A DNA stretch of 64,000 nt, taken from NCBI GenBank assembly GCA_033442325.1, contig JAWQFM010000013.1:776885-840884 (forward strand), written 5' to 3'. The notes under the pieces were generated by a model, which saw only the letters and a program-made list of their open reading frames with translations, had not been told where the DNA came from and did not search any database. Shown here piece after piece: positions 28,097-60,400 of this stretch. Position 1 is the stretch's first letter. Every line of letters begins with the position of its first letter. This DNA comes from Salpingoeca rosetta. Its lineage: Eukaryota; Protista; Choanoflagellata. Made by a program: the position numbers and the translations under genes.

Positions 28097-28374
28097 CCCG
28101 CTTGTCTTCAGTCAACGCTCATCGCCACCACTCATACCACGATGCAGGGTGCACTTCAGGCAGTTTGACCTTGAGGGCGACTCACCGCACCCGACGCTGC
28201 GGGAGCTTGCCGTCAACTTTGAACCGACCTACCCATACTCCGAGGACCCCGACGTCCACAACGAGTTCCTCACCAAGCGGTGCGCTGGCGCGGTTGCAGT
28301 AACGTGGTGTGGAGTTGTGGTGTGAAGTTGTGGTGTGACGTGGAGTGCAGCGGTGGTGGCTGAAACCTGATTGC

Positions 28375-28434
<60 letters not shown>

Positions 28435-28768
28435 CCTGCGTGGTGTGATCGCGTACTGATGACGGAGGCGGCGCTGGAGCTGATGGAGCCCGTGGACGAG
28501 CACGCATACGACATCATTGGCCGCGACATCTGCATGGGCGATCACAAGGTGGGGCAGCATGGCGTGCTGTGTTGGCTCTTGGCTCCGTTTCTGGGCGTGT
28601 CTTCTGCTGTGTTGCACACTCGCAGACATACACAAATTTTGCTGGTGTCTTCTTCCCCTACTTTACGTTGCGCTCCTACTACTAGACTCTGCCCTTTCTT
28701 CCCTCTTCTTGCCGACCCCCCCCCCCATACACACACACACTCGCTCACACACACGCATGCGCACACAA

Positions 28769-28836
<68 letters not shown>

Positions 28837-28984
28837 GCACGCACGCACGCACACGCACACACGCATGCGCACAATCTCACTCACACAATCTCACTCACTC
28901 ACTCACTCAACTTCCCAATCACCTCTTTTGTCCACGCCCTTGCTTTCCAATTGGCAGCCCGTGAAGCTGGTGGTGCGCTTCTGA
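24192..28984 (+). CDS. INPP5A: Type I inositol-1,4,5-trisphosphate 5-phosphatase (multi-exon; spans two gaps)
   Basis: [13 protein letters not shown]; [12 protein letters not shown]; DFTALGNFY; QKFPAHFYP; [11 protein letters not shown]...[12 protein letters not shown]; [10 protein letters not shown]; [11 protein letters not shown]; [18 protein letters not shown]. All are INPP5A signature motifs. Confidence 0.9.
24891..25574. other. Assembly gap (N run)
   Basis: Ns. Confidence 0.99.
25843..25965. repeat. Intronic 39-bp tandem repeat (3 copies)
   Basis: Unit approximately cccaccctctctccatcgcctccatcactgacccc(c)tcc. Confidence 0.9.
26967..27556. other. Assembly gap (N run)
   Basis: Ns. Confidence 0.99.
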
Positions 28985-29319
28985 GCGCCAGCCAGCAACC
29001 ACCACAACCCCCATCCTATTCCTCCCCCAACCCCAACCCTTCACTCCACACCCATACACACCCATACCCACCCATTTCATACACGTGTTGATTGGCGCCA
29101 GCCCTGTTGCTGGCTTGGCTGCCGTCTTTGTTGATTAGCATTGGTTGTTGAATGACCTTGAACTTGCTTGGTTCCCTGCCGCTGCCTGTTTGCGCGTTGC
29201 TTCCTTTTTGCGTGTTCTCTTTTGCTCGCATGCTTGTTTGATGATTGACTCTTGTTGTTTGCCCCCCTGTTCCCGCTCTGCCTGCTTGCGTTGTTGCTTG
29301 CTTGATCGATTGTTGTTGA

Positions 29320-29414
29320 GTTGCTTTTGCTTTGCTTGGTTGTTGCCGATTGCTTCCGTCATGGTGTGTGTGTGTGTGTGTGAGAGAGCGTAAACGGTTG
29401 CTGCGTGAAGAGTG
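29320..29414 (+). repeat. Direct repeat copy A (left flank of the ankyrin gene)
   Basis: gttgcttttgctttgcttggttgttgccgattgcttccgtcatg(gt)n-ga..agcgtaaacggttgc..gtg.agagtg, near-identical to 40059-40148. Confidence 0.9.
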
Positions 29415-29423
29415 TGAGGACTG

Positions 29424-29510
<87 letters not shown>

Positions 29511-30022
29511 GAGCGCGTGCTTTTGGGATGTTGGCGGCACGTGCCATGTCTGGCAAAAATGTACTTATTGACAGGTTTCTTTGATGGTTTTCTTGCATGG
29601 CGAAGGTTTAGCCGCACTTCCCAAACTGGGCGGGATTTGCTGGGAAATTTTCCTGGGGAGATCACCGCAAAGCAGCAGAGCGGTTCCCCGTGAATGACAT
29701 GGCAGGAGGCGGAAAAACAAACACAAACAAGCAAACAACACTAACACATCGTGGGCGCTGGCTTCCCATCCGCACCACACCAACAACAACAAACAACATT
29801 CATTCCCCTCCACCCTTCCACCACCAACACTAGCACCGAACAACAAACGAGGACTCACCACACGCAACCCTCCCCCGGACAAAGCAAGGAACGGGCCTCT
29901 ACCGCAGGCAGTACCAGAGTACCGCTAGCCAAGAGCACAGCACCCTTAGTGACTTCTTGACTTGGTTTCTTCTGGTGTCCGCGTGCAGGCGTGTAGTGCA
30001 GCGCAACTCCGAGACCCCGACA

Positions 30023-39737
<9,715 letters not shown>

Positions 39738-40058
39738 CGTGCGGGTGTGGGGGTGTGGTCCTGTGGTCATCGACGTTGCTGCTCTTCGTCTGGCCTCTGT
39801 TATGTTTGCACTGGAGCTGTTTGACCGGCTGTTTGCTGTTGTTTGGTTTGCAAACCCCCACCTTTCCTCACGACTCTTTGCTGTCGTTGAACGGGCTTGT
39901 GTTCTTTCTCTTTTGTCTGGTGTCCTACGATTTGTGATACCAAGTTGAAGTCTTGAAGTGGAGTGTCTGTTCATCTGCCCGCCTAGTTGATGCCTTGATA
40001 CACTGAGAACTCTGAAAGAGTTCTTGCTCTCGCGTTGCTGCCTTTCGGCCTCTGCTGT

Positions 40059-40148
40059 GTTGCTTTTGCTTTGCTTGGTTGTTGCCGATTGCTTCCGTCA
40101 TGGTGTGTGTGTGTGTGTGTGAAAGCGTAAACGGTTGCGTGGAGAGTG
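40059..40148 (+). repeat. Direct repeat copy B (right flank of the ankyrin gene)
   Basis: Near-identical to 29320-29414. Confidence 0.9.
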
Positions 40149-40385
40149 AAGCGTACTCCATAAGTGCATGCACGAAGGACGGAGGGAAGCCCCGGGGGGG
40201 ACGCAATGGTCCTGGTGCAACTCCTCACATCATGTCAACTCACATCAAACTGAGCGCGGCAACAAGAAGACGGTTCACGACAGCACAAAACTCACACTTT
40301 CACGAGGCGAAAAGGGAAAGGAAAAACGGCTGCGGATATCGAACACACACACACACACACACACGACCAGCCAGCGAGCGCCATC

Positions 40386-50203
<9,818 letters not shown>

Positions 50204-50208
50204 ACAGC

Positions 50209-50260
<52 letters not shown>

Positions 50261-50485
50261 GCACCACAGGATATGTCGTGTTGATGTTGATGTTGATGTT
50301 GATGTTGATGTTGATGTTCGTGTGTTTGTGTGTTCGCGTGTTTGTGTGTTCGCGTGGTCGTGTGTTCGTGTGGTCGTGTGTTCGTGGCTCTGTTCAGCGT
50401 TTGTATCCACTGTGTCTTCCTCCCTCCCCCACAATCATCCTTTGTCACCGCCGCGGTATGGTCACAGTAAAATTGTCCTTCGCGT

Positions 50486-51443
50486 TTACTTGAGGTGAAC
50501 CAGCATGCCGTCCACCAGAGCCAGCCGTGTTTGCAGCAGCAGCAGCTGTCGCGTTGCATCATCCTTCGCCTGTTGCGTCTGCACGTGGTCGATGCCAGCA
50601 AAGATGATTGTCTCCAAGTCCTTCAAGATCATTTCTTTGCGCTCCCACCCCATCAGCGTAAGCGCCGTCACCTGGAAGCAAGTGCAAGCATGTGCGTGCG
50701 TGCACGCGTGTGAAACTAGGAAATGGCGACAGCCAGCACGCGGTGGCATTCACATACAACACCGCACACACACACACACATGCGCGCGCACACACACACA
50801 CACATGCACATACGCAACACACATGCACATACGCAACACACACATGCGCGCGCACACGCACATACCTGGGAAGCAATGGCAATGCAGAGAAACGCAATCT
50901 GTCCCTCTGCAGTTGGAGTTGACTGCGCGGCAGTGGAGGCGATGAGACGGCGCAAATCGCCAACAAGGTGGCGCGCGTGTCCGCTTTTGGTGACGGACAC
51001 GTTGAAGACAAGCCGCTTCACCATGGCCACGGTCTGGCGCATCAGCATCCACGCGAGCGCAAGGGCAGGGATGATGGCCATCATCTGGAAGTTGAGTTCG
51101 TTGGACTTGAGCAGCTTGTCCACGGCGCTGACCGCCAGCTGCAGGTCGACTTTGCTCTTCTGCACTTGGATGAGTGTGGCGCGGATCATGTTGCCGAACA
51201 ACGCAGAGTGAATGGGCCGGCGCATGTCGTTCTCGTAACTCAGCAGCACGGGCGTGATATCCCCGTTGTCCACCTGCCCATAAGTGTGATGAGAAAGAGA
51301 GAGAGAGGGAGTTGTGTGTGTGTGTGTGTGTATGTGTGTGTGTGTGTGCGGGAGTGAAAGTGAGTGAAAGTGAGTGAAAGTGAGCGAAAATGAGCGAAAA
51401 TGAGTGAGAGTACGTGAGCCACACACATTCGCACACATACACA

Positions 51444-51532
<89 letters not shown>

Positions 51533-51840
51533 TCACGCACCGCGTCTGCCAGCTCAATCAAGTCCGGGTCCGTGTAGCCGAGGGCGTCTTGTGCAAATGT
51601 CTGCACCATCCGCTTGAGGGAGGTGAGATCGGAATCCAGCGAACTGCGACGCTGCAGGGCCAGGTCGTGCCTGTCATATCGAATGGTGTTGTACATTTGC
51701 ACCAGCGGCTGTGTTGTGTCGTGGAATGGTTGTCAGGCGCAAAATGTCAATGACATTTGAGACGCTTGTATCGCCACAGATGCACAAAACGCACAAACAT
51801 ACATAGGTACACACACGCACGCACAATTGCACCCACATAT

Positions 51841-51912
<72 letters not shown>

Positions 51913-52714
51913 GCACACACAAACATGCACATAAACATGCACACTCTAGCGCACCTTCCACACGCGCTGGCGGAGGTAGCGATCTGTCGTCTCGTAGACG
52001 CCATGCACAAAGTTGGAGATGGTGCGTTGCATGTCCAAGCCTTTCCACACGCGCAGAAACGCGCCAGCGCAACACACACCAGCAAGGAGGTGCGGCCAAT
52101 ACAGGAACAAGGGCGGTGGTGGCGCTTGCACCCGCTGCATCAACTGCTCCGCGTTGGCGGAAGCTTGTGTCGTGCTGTCGCCGTCCCCCGCGTTGTCACT
52201 TGTGTGGTAATCATGCAAGGTCGCGGTCAGTGCATCATAGCCAGCGTCAAGCGCTTGCTGACTCAAGTACCGCTGCTCCTTCGTGTACGCTTGCACGGAC
52301 GATGGCAGCTTCAGTGTTGTTTCTTTTGCTGTCTCGAACCCTTTGCCATCCAGAAGCGACGACGCAAGCCACACAGGCCCGACTGATAAACGGCGCACCA
52401 TGCAGAGCACGCGTAAGCTCTCATGGGCGAGGTAACGTTTGATCCTTCACACAACGCAAGACACATTCATACGCACTGCGCATACTCACATGTGATGGCC
52501 TGCCGGGTCACACTCCACCTGCGTCATCATGCGCATGTGTGCGTGTGCGAACGTTGAGGTAAAGCGACATAGAAGTTGGCACATCTCACAAGCTCTTACA
52601 TATCATGCACAGAACCACACCTTCGTGTACACACGCAGGATCACAAGCTCACACACACACACAGGATCACACACTTCGCCCCCTCCTCCTTCCCAACACA
52701 CACTCACGAGGATC

Positions 52715-52787
<73 letters not shown>

Positions 52788-53060
52788 ATCACACACTTCG
52801 CCCCCTCCTCCAACACACACTCACGAGGATATGGAGCGCCATGCGTGGTATCTGTGTTTGCTGCTTGAAATTTGTGCGCAGACCTTGTCCACACCAGTTG
52901 CCTTGATCCTCAGCGTACTGAACAGCAGCAGGTGCGACTCCAACTCAAACAAGCTGTGGTGATGATGATGATGATGATTGGCCGTGATGCCGCCACCGTC
53001 TCCACCATCACTTGTGTTGTTCTGCTGCAGCTGCTCGCTTGTCGCCATCTCTGTCATCAT
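50486..53060 (-). CDS. NCA2: NCA2 (nuclear control of ATPase 2) / DGS1-family mitochondrial outer membrane protein
   Basis: SLDSDLTSLKRMVQTFAQD...GDITPVLLSYENDMRRPIHSALFGNMIRATLIQVQKSKVDLQLAVSAVDKLLKSNELNFQMMAIIPA is the NCA2/DGS1 core. The start codon (53060) is tentative. Confidence 0.85.
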
Positions 53061-53149
53061 TCGTGGCGATTGTTGGAAAATACACATAATCCTCTGCACT
53101 GAAAATTTCGACTGTGTCACCAGCCAGCCAAGCAAAGACAACAACAGGC
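53061..53149. promoter_or_regulatory. Compact bidirectional promoter (NCA2 / orphan D-box gene)
   Basis: About 90 bp between divergent ATGs; contains TGGAAAAT and GAAAATT. Confidence 0.55.
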
Positions 53150-53654
53150 ATGAGTTCAGTGCGTCGTGGTGGTGGTCGGCGTGTGCTTGGAGATGTGAAC
53201 ACCAACGTCAACGTTGAGTACCACACGAAAAAGGAAGCCGAGGACGAAGCCATGCAAGCAGAACGCGACACAAAAACTTGGTATGCAGGCCTGTGTTGTG
53301 TCATGCAGCGCGGTTCATGTTTGCCACATCATGTCACAACTCCTTTCTCTCTCAATGTGGCGTACTACACGCACACACACGCATGCACATAAACGCATGC
53401 ACATAAACGCACGCACACACGCACGCACACACGCACGCACATGCACACACATGCACGCACACACATGCACACACATGCACGCACACACATACACCTCACG
53501 TGCCTCTTCTTGTTCACTGACTGACAGCGGCGCAATTCGCCAAGCCATGAACCAAGCCATGGCGCGCAAGTCCGGCTTTGCGGTGAGCCGATTCTTCATT
53601 TGTTTTGCGTGTTTGCATGCGCTCCCTCGCTGCGGTTGACCGCAGCACCAACAC

Positions 53655-53696
<42 letters not shown>

Positions 53697-54511
53697 CACA
53701 AGTGATCTCCCTGCACCCACTCTTCCTTCACTCACCCACACTTCCTTCACCCACCCACTCTTGCTTCCTCCTCCCACTCTTGCTTCATCCACTACATCAT
53801 ATCCCGTCACTGCCACCGCCACCGCCATAGGCCTTTCGCCGGTCGTTTCACCTCAACGGCAATCTGCACGCGATGAGCCGGCAACGCAGCGGATCACAAC
53901 TGCGATGGCATGACGTGGAACAGAGCGTCCAGGCGGAGGGAACTCCACCCAAGAGCGCATATGAGAAGGTGGAGCCAGCGTCCCCATCAAGTACACCAGA
54001 CACAGGAACGAGCGGCTCAGGTGCACTGGACAGCTCCGGAATCTCGGACGCATGCAGTTCTGCAAACAGCAGCTTCTCCGACACATCAGCGGTGCTGGTG
54101 CTGGAGGAAGAGTACGACGAAACCCGCACGTTTTCGCGCGAACAGCATTTGATGCCTGCAACTCAGGTGGCCAACCAGCAGCCACCACAGCCCACTTGTT
54201 CCCCCAGAGCGACCACCAATGCGCTCTCCACGCGCCTGCCCACAATCCCTGAGGGTGCCGTGTGCAGTGTGCAAACAAATGCAACCAACACAGGCGCCCC
54301 ACCAGCAACCCAAGCACCGCCACCCGCAACCACTGCGACCTCGCCATCCCCCGCCACAGCAACAACAATGAAGAAGAAGCCGCCCACACCGCGCCACCCG
54401 CGCTGGCGAACAAAGTCCAACGTCTTCAGACTCGCATCTCTCAACAAGGAGCTGAGCAGCGAACTCACGGCAGCATCTGTCGCCAAGACCATTCAGCCCA
54501 AGAACAACTGA
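53150..54511 (+). CDS. Orphan, mostly disordered protein with an N-terminal D-box (3 exons: 53150-53280, 53528-53582, 53831-54511)
   Basis: GT-AG introns preserve frame. Begins MSSVRRGGGRRVLGDVNTN, has an S/T/P-rich middle and ends KTIQPKNN*. Confidence 0.7.
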
Positions 54512-55139
54512 GCGATGCCAGCGATGACTCAGCGAACTTCGCCGCTTGCTTACCTTTCCTTTGATGTTGTTGGCGACACACCTTCAAGTTGCTTCGACAC
54601 ATAACGATACCAGACAGCCCACGTGCAACTCAACTCAACCAACCAACCACTTTATTCTTCTGTCCAAACCACATGCACACTCCTCAGCGCAACACTCCTC
54701 ATTGCACATCTTCCTCTCTCTCCTCCTTTCTCGCTTTTGTTCTGCCTCCTCGCTCTACCATTAATTCGACAACACACACACACACACGCTCTCTCACTCA
54801 CATGTGTTTACTGCCGGCTGTGTTCGACAAGAACACAACACGCACAGAAAAGTAACACTCAAGTACGTAACGAAATCAAAAGTGGCCACAAAGGATAACA
54901 ATCGACACACGCACACACACGTGCACAGCTGATGCAGCCATGTAAAGACAGAAGACATGGACGCAAACTAAGCGCAGTAACACAATCCAGACAACCACCG
55001 CAAATGTAACAAAAATGGACAATGGACACGTGCGATTATGAGATGATTTGACAGACGCGGCGAGAAATGATACACACACACAAAAAAAAGTCCCATACGA
55101 ACAACACACACACACACACACACACAAGAATACACACAC

Positions 55140-55171
<32 letters not shown>

Positions 55172-55195
55172 TCACATACACACACTCACACCAGA

Positions 55196-57132
55196 TTAGA
55201 CAGCCACGACGTTTGTAAGCTTCTTCTTCTTTCCGTTTGCATCAACAAACTCGACAGACTCATCACTGCCACCACCATCACCATTGCCACTTGCATGGCT
55301 GGCATCGCTGCCCTTGAAGACATCGCTGGACGACACCTCCCGCACGCTTGGCGCCATCAAGTCGAGGTATGCCTGCTCGCCCTCGTCCTCGCCGCCGTCG
55401 CGCTTGGCGAGATGGGACGACGAAACCTCACGCACCTCCGGCGCCATGAGATCAAGATACGAGTCCTCGCGCCCACCGCCGCGTTTGTGACGCTGCTCGT
55501 GGTGGGGGTGGCCGTCATCATCGTCATCAGCAGCAACAAAGTGCTGGCGAGAACTGGTGGAGAGGAGGCGTGAGACGTCTGTGACAGGCTCCAAGTAATC
55601 ACGCTCCTCGGGCTCCTCGGGCTCCTCACGCTGCTGCTGGTGATGGCGGTGGTGGTGGCCGGAATGGTGGTGGCGAGGGTGGTGGTGTTGGAGCGAGGTT
55701 CGCTCAGCAATAGGCGGCAGCAGTTGCTCGTTGTCTGGACCTCCTCCAGGATACAGCACAGACCCGGATTCGCGCTTGATCAAGCGGTGGGCAGGCGCCG
55801 CACCCTCCTTGGAGTCACGCACAGGCACAGGCTCCAAGTAGTCGCGTTCCTCCACTTGCGTGGACTTGCGCGCGGGCACAGGCTCCAAGTAGTCGCGTTC
55901 CTCCACTTGCTTGGACTTGCGCGCAGGCACAGGCTCCAAGTAGTCGCGTTCCTCCACTTGCTTGGACTTGCGCACAGGCACAGGTTCAAGGTAGTCGCGT
56001 TCGGCGCCCTTGTCGCTCGCACTGACGCTGACAGCCTTGGCTGCGTTGGTAGCAGACACCGGCTCCAGGTAGTCACGCTCCTCCTTTGGACGCGACGCCC
56101 CATCAAACCTCGTCTCCTGTGTTGCTGTCGTTGTTGACGATGAGGACATTGGCGTCATGCCAGCAGCGCCAGCCCTGCCGGCGTCGCTGGCGGGCGATTT
56201 CGACTGTGCCCGGCGGTACGTCCCGTCCTCTCGCCGCTCCATGAGTGGCGGCAGCTTCTGGCCCGTCACAAGCTGCACATACTCGTGCAAGTCGTCACCA
56301 ATGCCCATCCCGCCACTCGGCGAATACGTGGGGTTGGACGCAACGCGATCACCCTCGTCACCGCCCTCATCCTCCACCGCTTCGCCATCGCCAACATCCG
56401 TGTCGGTGCTCTGCCACAGCGAAGGGCCACCGAGGTTCAGCACGCGGCTGCGGCTGCTTGTGCTTGCGCTTGCGCTTGTGCTTGACAAGGGGCGGCGATC
56501 ACCACCGTGCTGCTGCTTCTGCTCTTGCTGCTGCTGTTGTTGGGCATCTGTGGCGATGGATGATGGGCCCGTGTGTCCACCACGGCTGTTGGAAGTTGAC
56601 GACGCAGACGAGGAGCCCGGGTGCGGCACCGTTTGTGGCGTGTCTGCGCCCACCTGCCGCGCTGGGTACCTCCTGTCTGCCTCGTCCAGGCGCGTTGACT
56701 GCATGGTGCGGTTCTTGCTGATGTCGTCGACATATGCCGCGTTCTCCCTGCGAATCGCCTCCCAGTCCTTGTACCGGCCCGTGCTCTTGAGCGTCGAGTG
56801 GCCGACCATTGGCGCGCTCACCTCCGTTGCGTCAATGTTGTCAAGCGCGTCCTGCAGCAGCTTGCACACCAGCGCAAAGTTTGGTCGCTCTGCCGGGTCG
56901 GCGAGCCACGTTGCCTCCACCACGCTGTACACGCTCGGCGGGCAGTAGTCTGGGCGCGGCATGCGGTAACCGCTGGCGACGGCGACAATCGTCTCCAGTG
57001 CGCGGTAGCCAGGGTATGGCGTCTGCCCAAAGGAAAACACCTCCCAGCACAGCACGCCGAAGCTCCACACGTCGCCCGCGTGTGTCGATGTCTTGTCGCG
57101 GATGCTCTCCGGCGCCATCCTGTCGTGCGATT

Positions 57133-57206
<74 letters not shown>

Positions 57207-57418
57207 GAGAACAGTTGTGCGCATGAGCATGAGGTTGTGTGAGGTTGTGCGAGCGTGAGAGGAGAGAACAAATACGTAATCAACAGTGGACAGGCGAGTA
57301 GCGCAGAGCCCTACACACACTCGAGCATGCTCCTCCTCTTTTCCTCCGTCCCCAACTACCCAAAAAGTTTCACACACACACACTCATCGCACGCACATGC
57401 ACACACGAACACATATTA

Positions 57419-57472
<54 letters not shown>

Positions 57473-60400
57473 CGCACCACTTGACGGGGACGCGGTCGCT
57501 GCTCTGCTTGCGGTAGTACTCCTTGTCATCCAGGGGCCGGCTCATGCCAAAGTCAGCAAGCTTCACATCGGGCAGGCTGTCGCCAACAAGCACGTTGCGC
57601 GCGGCAAGATCGCGGTGCACAATGTGTTTCTCCTCCAGATACTGCATGGCGGAGGCCACGTTCATCACGGCAACAGTCAGTACGTCCGGCTGTGCGTGCG
57701 TGCGAGCGCGCGCCTGCTGCTTGAGGTAGCTGCGCAGGTCACCATTGGACATGTACTCAAGCACCATCAGGAAAGGCTGCTCGAGCGTGCACACGCCAAG
57801 CAGCTGCACAATGTTCTTGTGCTCCATAATGGCCATGAGCCGCGCCTCCTGCAGGAACTTGGTCTGCTCGTCCGCATCCACGCCCTTCTCGTGCAACCGC
57901 TTGATGGCCACGGGGTCGTTCTTCCCCTCCATCTCGCCAAGCTCAACAACACCAAACTCGCCGGCACCAAGCTCCCGCACCGTCCGGAACGCCGTGCGTG
58001 GGATCTGCAGGCGGTCGAACCTGGACGCGGCCTCCCGCTTCTGGTGCGCGTCGTACTTGGACGACAGCAGCCGCTCAAACTCGGACCGCGCGTTCTGCTG
58101 AATCTCGCGCAGCGCACGCGCCTGCTCCTCCTTGACACGCCGCACCTTGCGCCGGGCAACGTACAGCACAATGAGCACAATCACCGCCGCAACGGCTGCA
58201 ATGGCGCCGACAATCGCCCCAATCATGCTCCCCGTAGACGCGCTCGCCCCGCTTCCCTTGGAGATGCAGGGGCCAACCGTGCCGTTGGGCGCAATCAGCC
58301 CGTCCGTGCACAGGATACAGGGCGTTCCTGGCGTGCGGTCGTCGTCCGTGCCAAAGGGTCCACATGATTCACACACAAGGCTGGTGCGGTTTGCAAACGT
58401 GCCTGGCTGGCAGCGGATGCACGGGGTGGACGGGTCTTGGTCCTCGTCCAGCTCGTCAATCGCGCAGCTGTTGCACGACCCAAAGCTGCCCGGCTGCGTG
58501 AACGTGTCGACGGGGCAGGCCACGCACGGCGTAACGGCATCGCGGTCGTCGTCGACCTGACCCGCAGCACAGGGCGTGCAGTCGAGCAGGCTACCTAAGC
58601 CAGCGTCCACATAGGTGCCCTGCGGACACGGCAGACAGATGCTGCCACCAGAGCTGAACGCGTTGACGTAACCTTGCGGGCACATGTCGCCGAACCAGTT
58701 GATCGCGGTCAGGCTGTTGAGGCCGCGAAGAATGTCGGGTGCATATGTGACGTTTGTGATGAGGTTCTGGCTCACATCCAAGACTTGGAGGGACTCGAGG
58801 CCGTTGAAGGCGCCAGACTCCACCAGGGCAATGATGTTCCTGCGGATGGACAGTCCCGTCAGGGCCGTTGCGCCAAAGAACTCGTCGGTGTTCAGGACGG
58901 CAAAGAGGTTGGAGTCCAGCAACAGCTGCTCCAGCACCGTGTCATCGCCAAAGGTGAGCGGGTTGGTTGTGAACCGGTTGTCGCTCAGGTCGATGCGCTC
59001 GAGAGACGGCGGGATGGTGAAGCCGTTGAGCGTTGAAATGCCGTTGGAGGACAGGTTGAGCGACTGCAGCGTCGATAGGCCCGAAATGCGGGCCAAGAGG
59101 TCCTCGTCAAAGTCAAGGCTCGGCAGGTTCGCCAGGCTCAGCGTCTCCAGGTTGGGCAAGTCTGAAAAAACAAAGTCCGGGACCGCAGAGAGGTCCATGT
59201 TGTTGTCGAGGAGAAGCTCCGTGATGTTGGGGTTCTGCACACCGGTTGGCAGGAACGAGAGCTGGCCGCGGCAGTCTGCTGTCGTGTCGTAGCACACGCA
59301 CAGCGCACACAGGCGCAAATTGCGGGAGGGCCCGCGGCAATTGGCAAACTCCGACGTGACGGAGCCATCGAAGGACGCCACGGTGGCGGTGATCACCTCC
59401 CCATCCATCACCTCCCCCTGGGCACGGGACCAGGTCAGCTGCGTCAGCTGCCGGGACACTGCCGACGGAAACGTCTCCAGGATGGTGGTGATGAGCCGCT
59501 CCGCCTGGCCCATGCTCGAGCGCACCAGGCACTGGCTCGCAGCAAACACCTGGATCACATACACGCCGCCGCTCGGCACGGAGATGAGCGACTGCGCGCG
59601 CGTCGCCTCAAAGGTGCCAATCTGGATGGTGGGCCGGTCCTCCTGCTGCTGGCCGAGGGTCTGCACGGTGCCGTCGCCGTTGTTGAGAAACCCAACGGAG
59701 CGGTACAGCGCCTGCGCGTTCTCCTCAATCAGCAGGCCGTACTCCCCGTTGTTCGCAATCAGCACCACCAGCACGGTGCTGTCGCCGCCAACCGTCACCT
59801 GTGAGCCGGGACGGACGCGGATGCCGTTCTCGCCGTTTCCTGCAGGCACGTTATCCGACAGGCCAATCTGCACACCCACGATGAACACCGTGTCGCTGTT
59901 GTCCACATCAATGCCATCCTGGTCATTCGCGCCGATGATGAGCAGCCCTTCAAAGCCCAGATCACGCCGCTCGCGCACGTGTGTGAACGTGTCTGCAAGC
60001 GAACTTGAATCCTCAACAACAATGTCACTCTCGTCTCCCTCAACACGAGCAGCGGCAGCAGCCGGGGCGACGGCACTTGCAGCGTCATCTTGTTGCTGCA
60101 GTTGTTCTTGGTCTTGTTCATCGTTGCTACGACGGCGCCGGAGGGGTGCAACGGTGGAAGTGGTCGTCGTGCTGGTGGCTGTGGTTGGGCGAGGGTTGAT
60201 TGGCGGGGAGTACGTTGTCGTTGTTGTTGCGATCGTTGTTGTTGTTGCGATCGTTGTCGATGAGGTGGTGGTGGTTGGAAGCGGGTTTGTGACGTCAGAG
60301 CTGACGCTCCCGAGCGAGATTTTACTGCACAACTGCAGCTTGATACCCGCCTTCCTGTTGCCGATGCGTGTCGTGCCATCTGCACCCAGACCAATCAGCG

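Noticed and set aside
53315-53731. Minus-strand MKNRLTAKPDLRAMAWF as the first exon of NCA2
   Set aside because: This region is better explained by frame-consistent plus-strand exons of the D-box gene.
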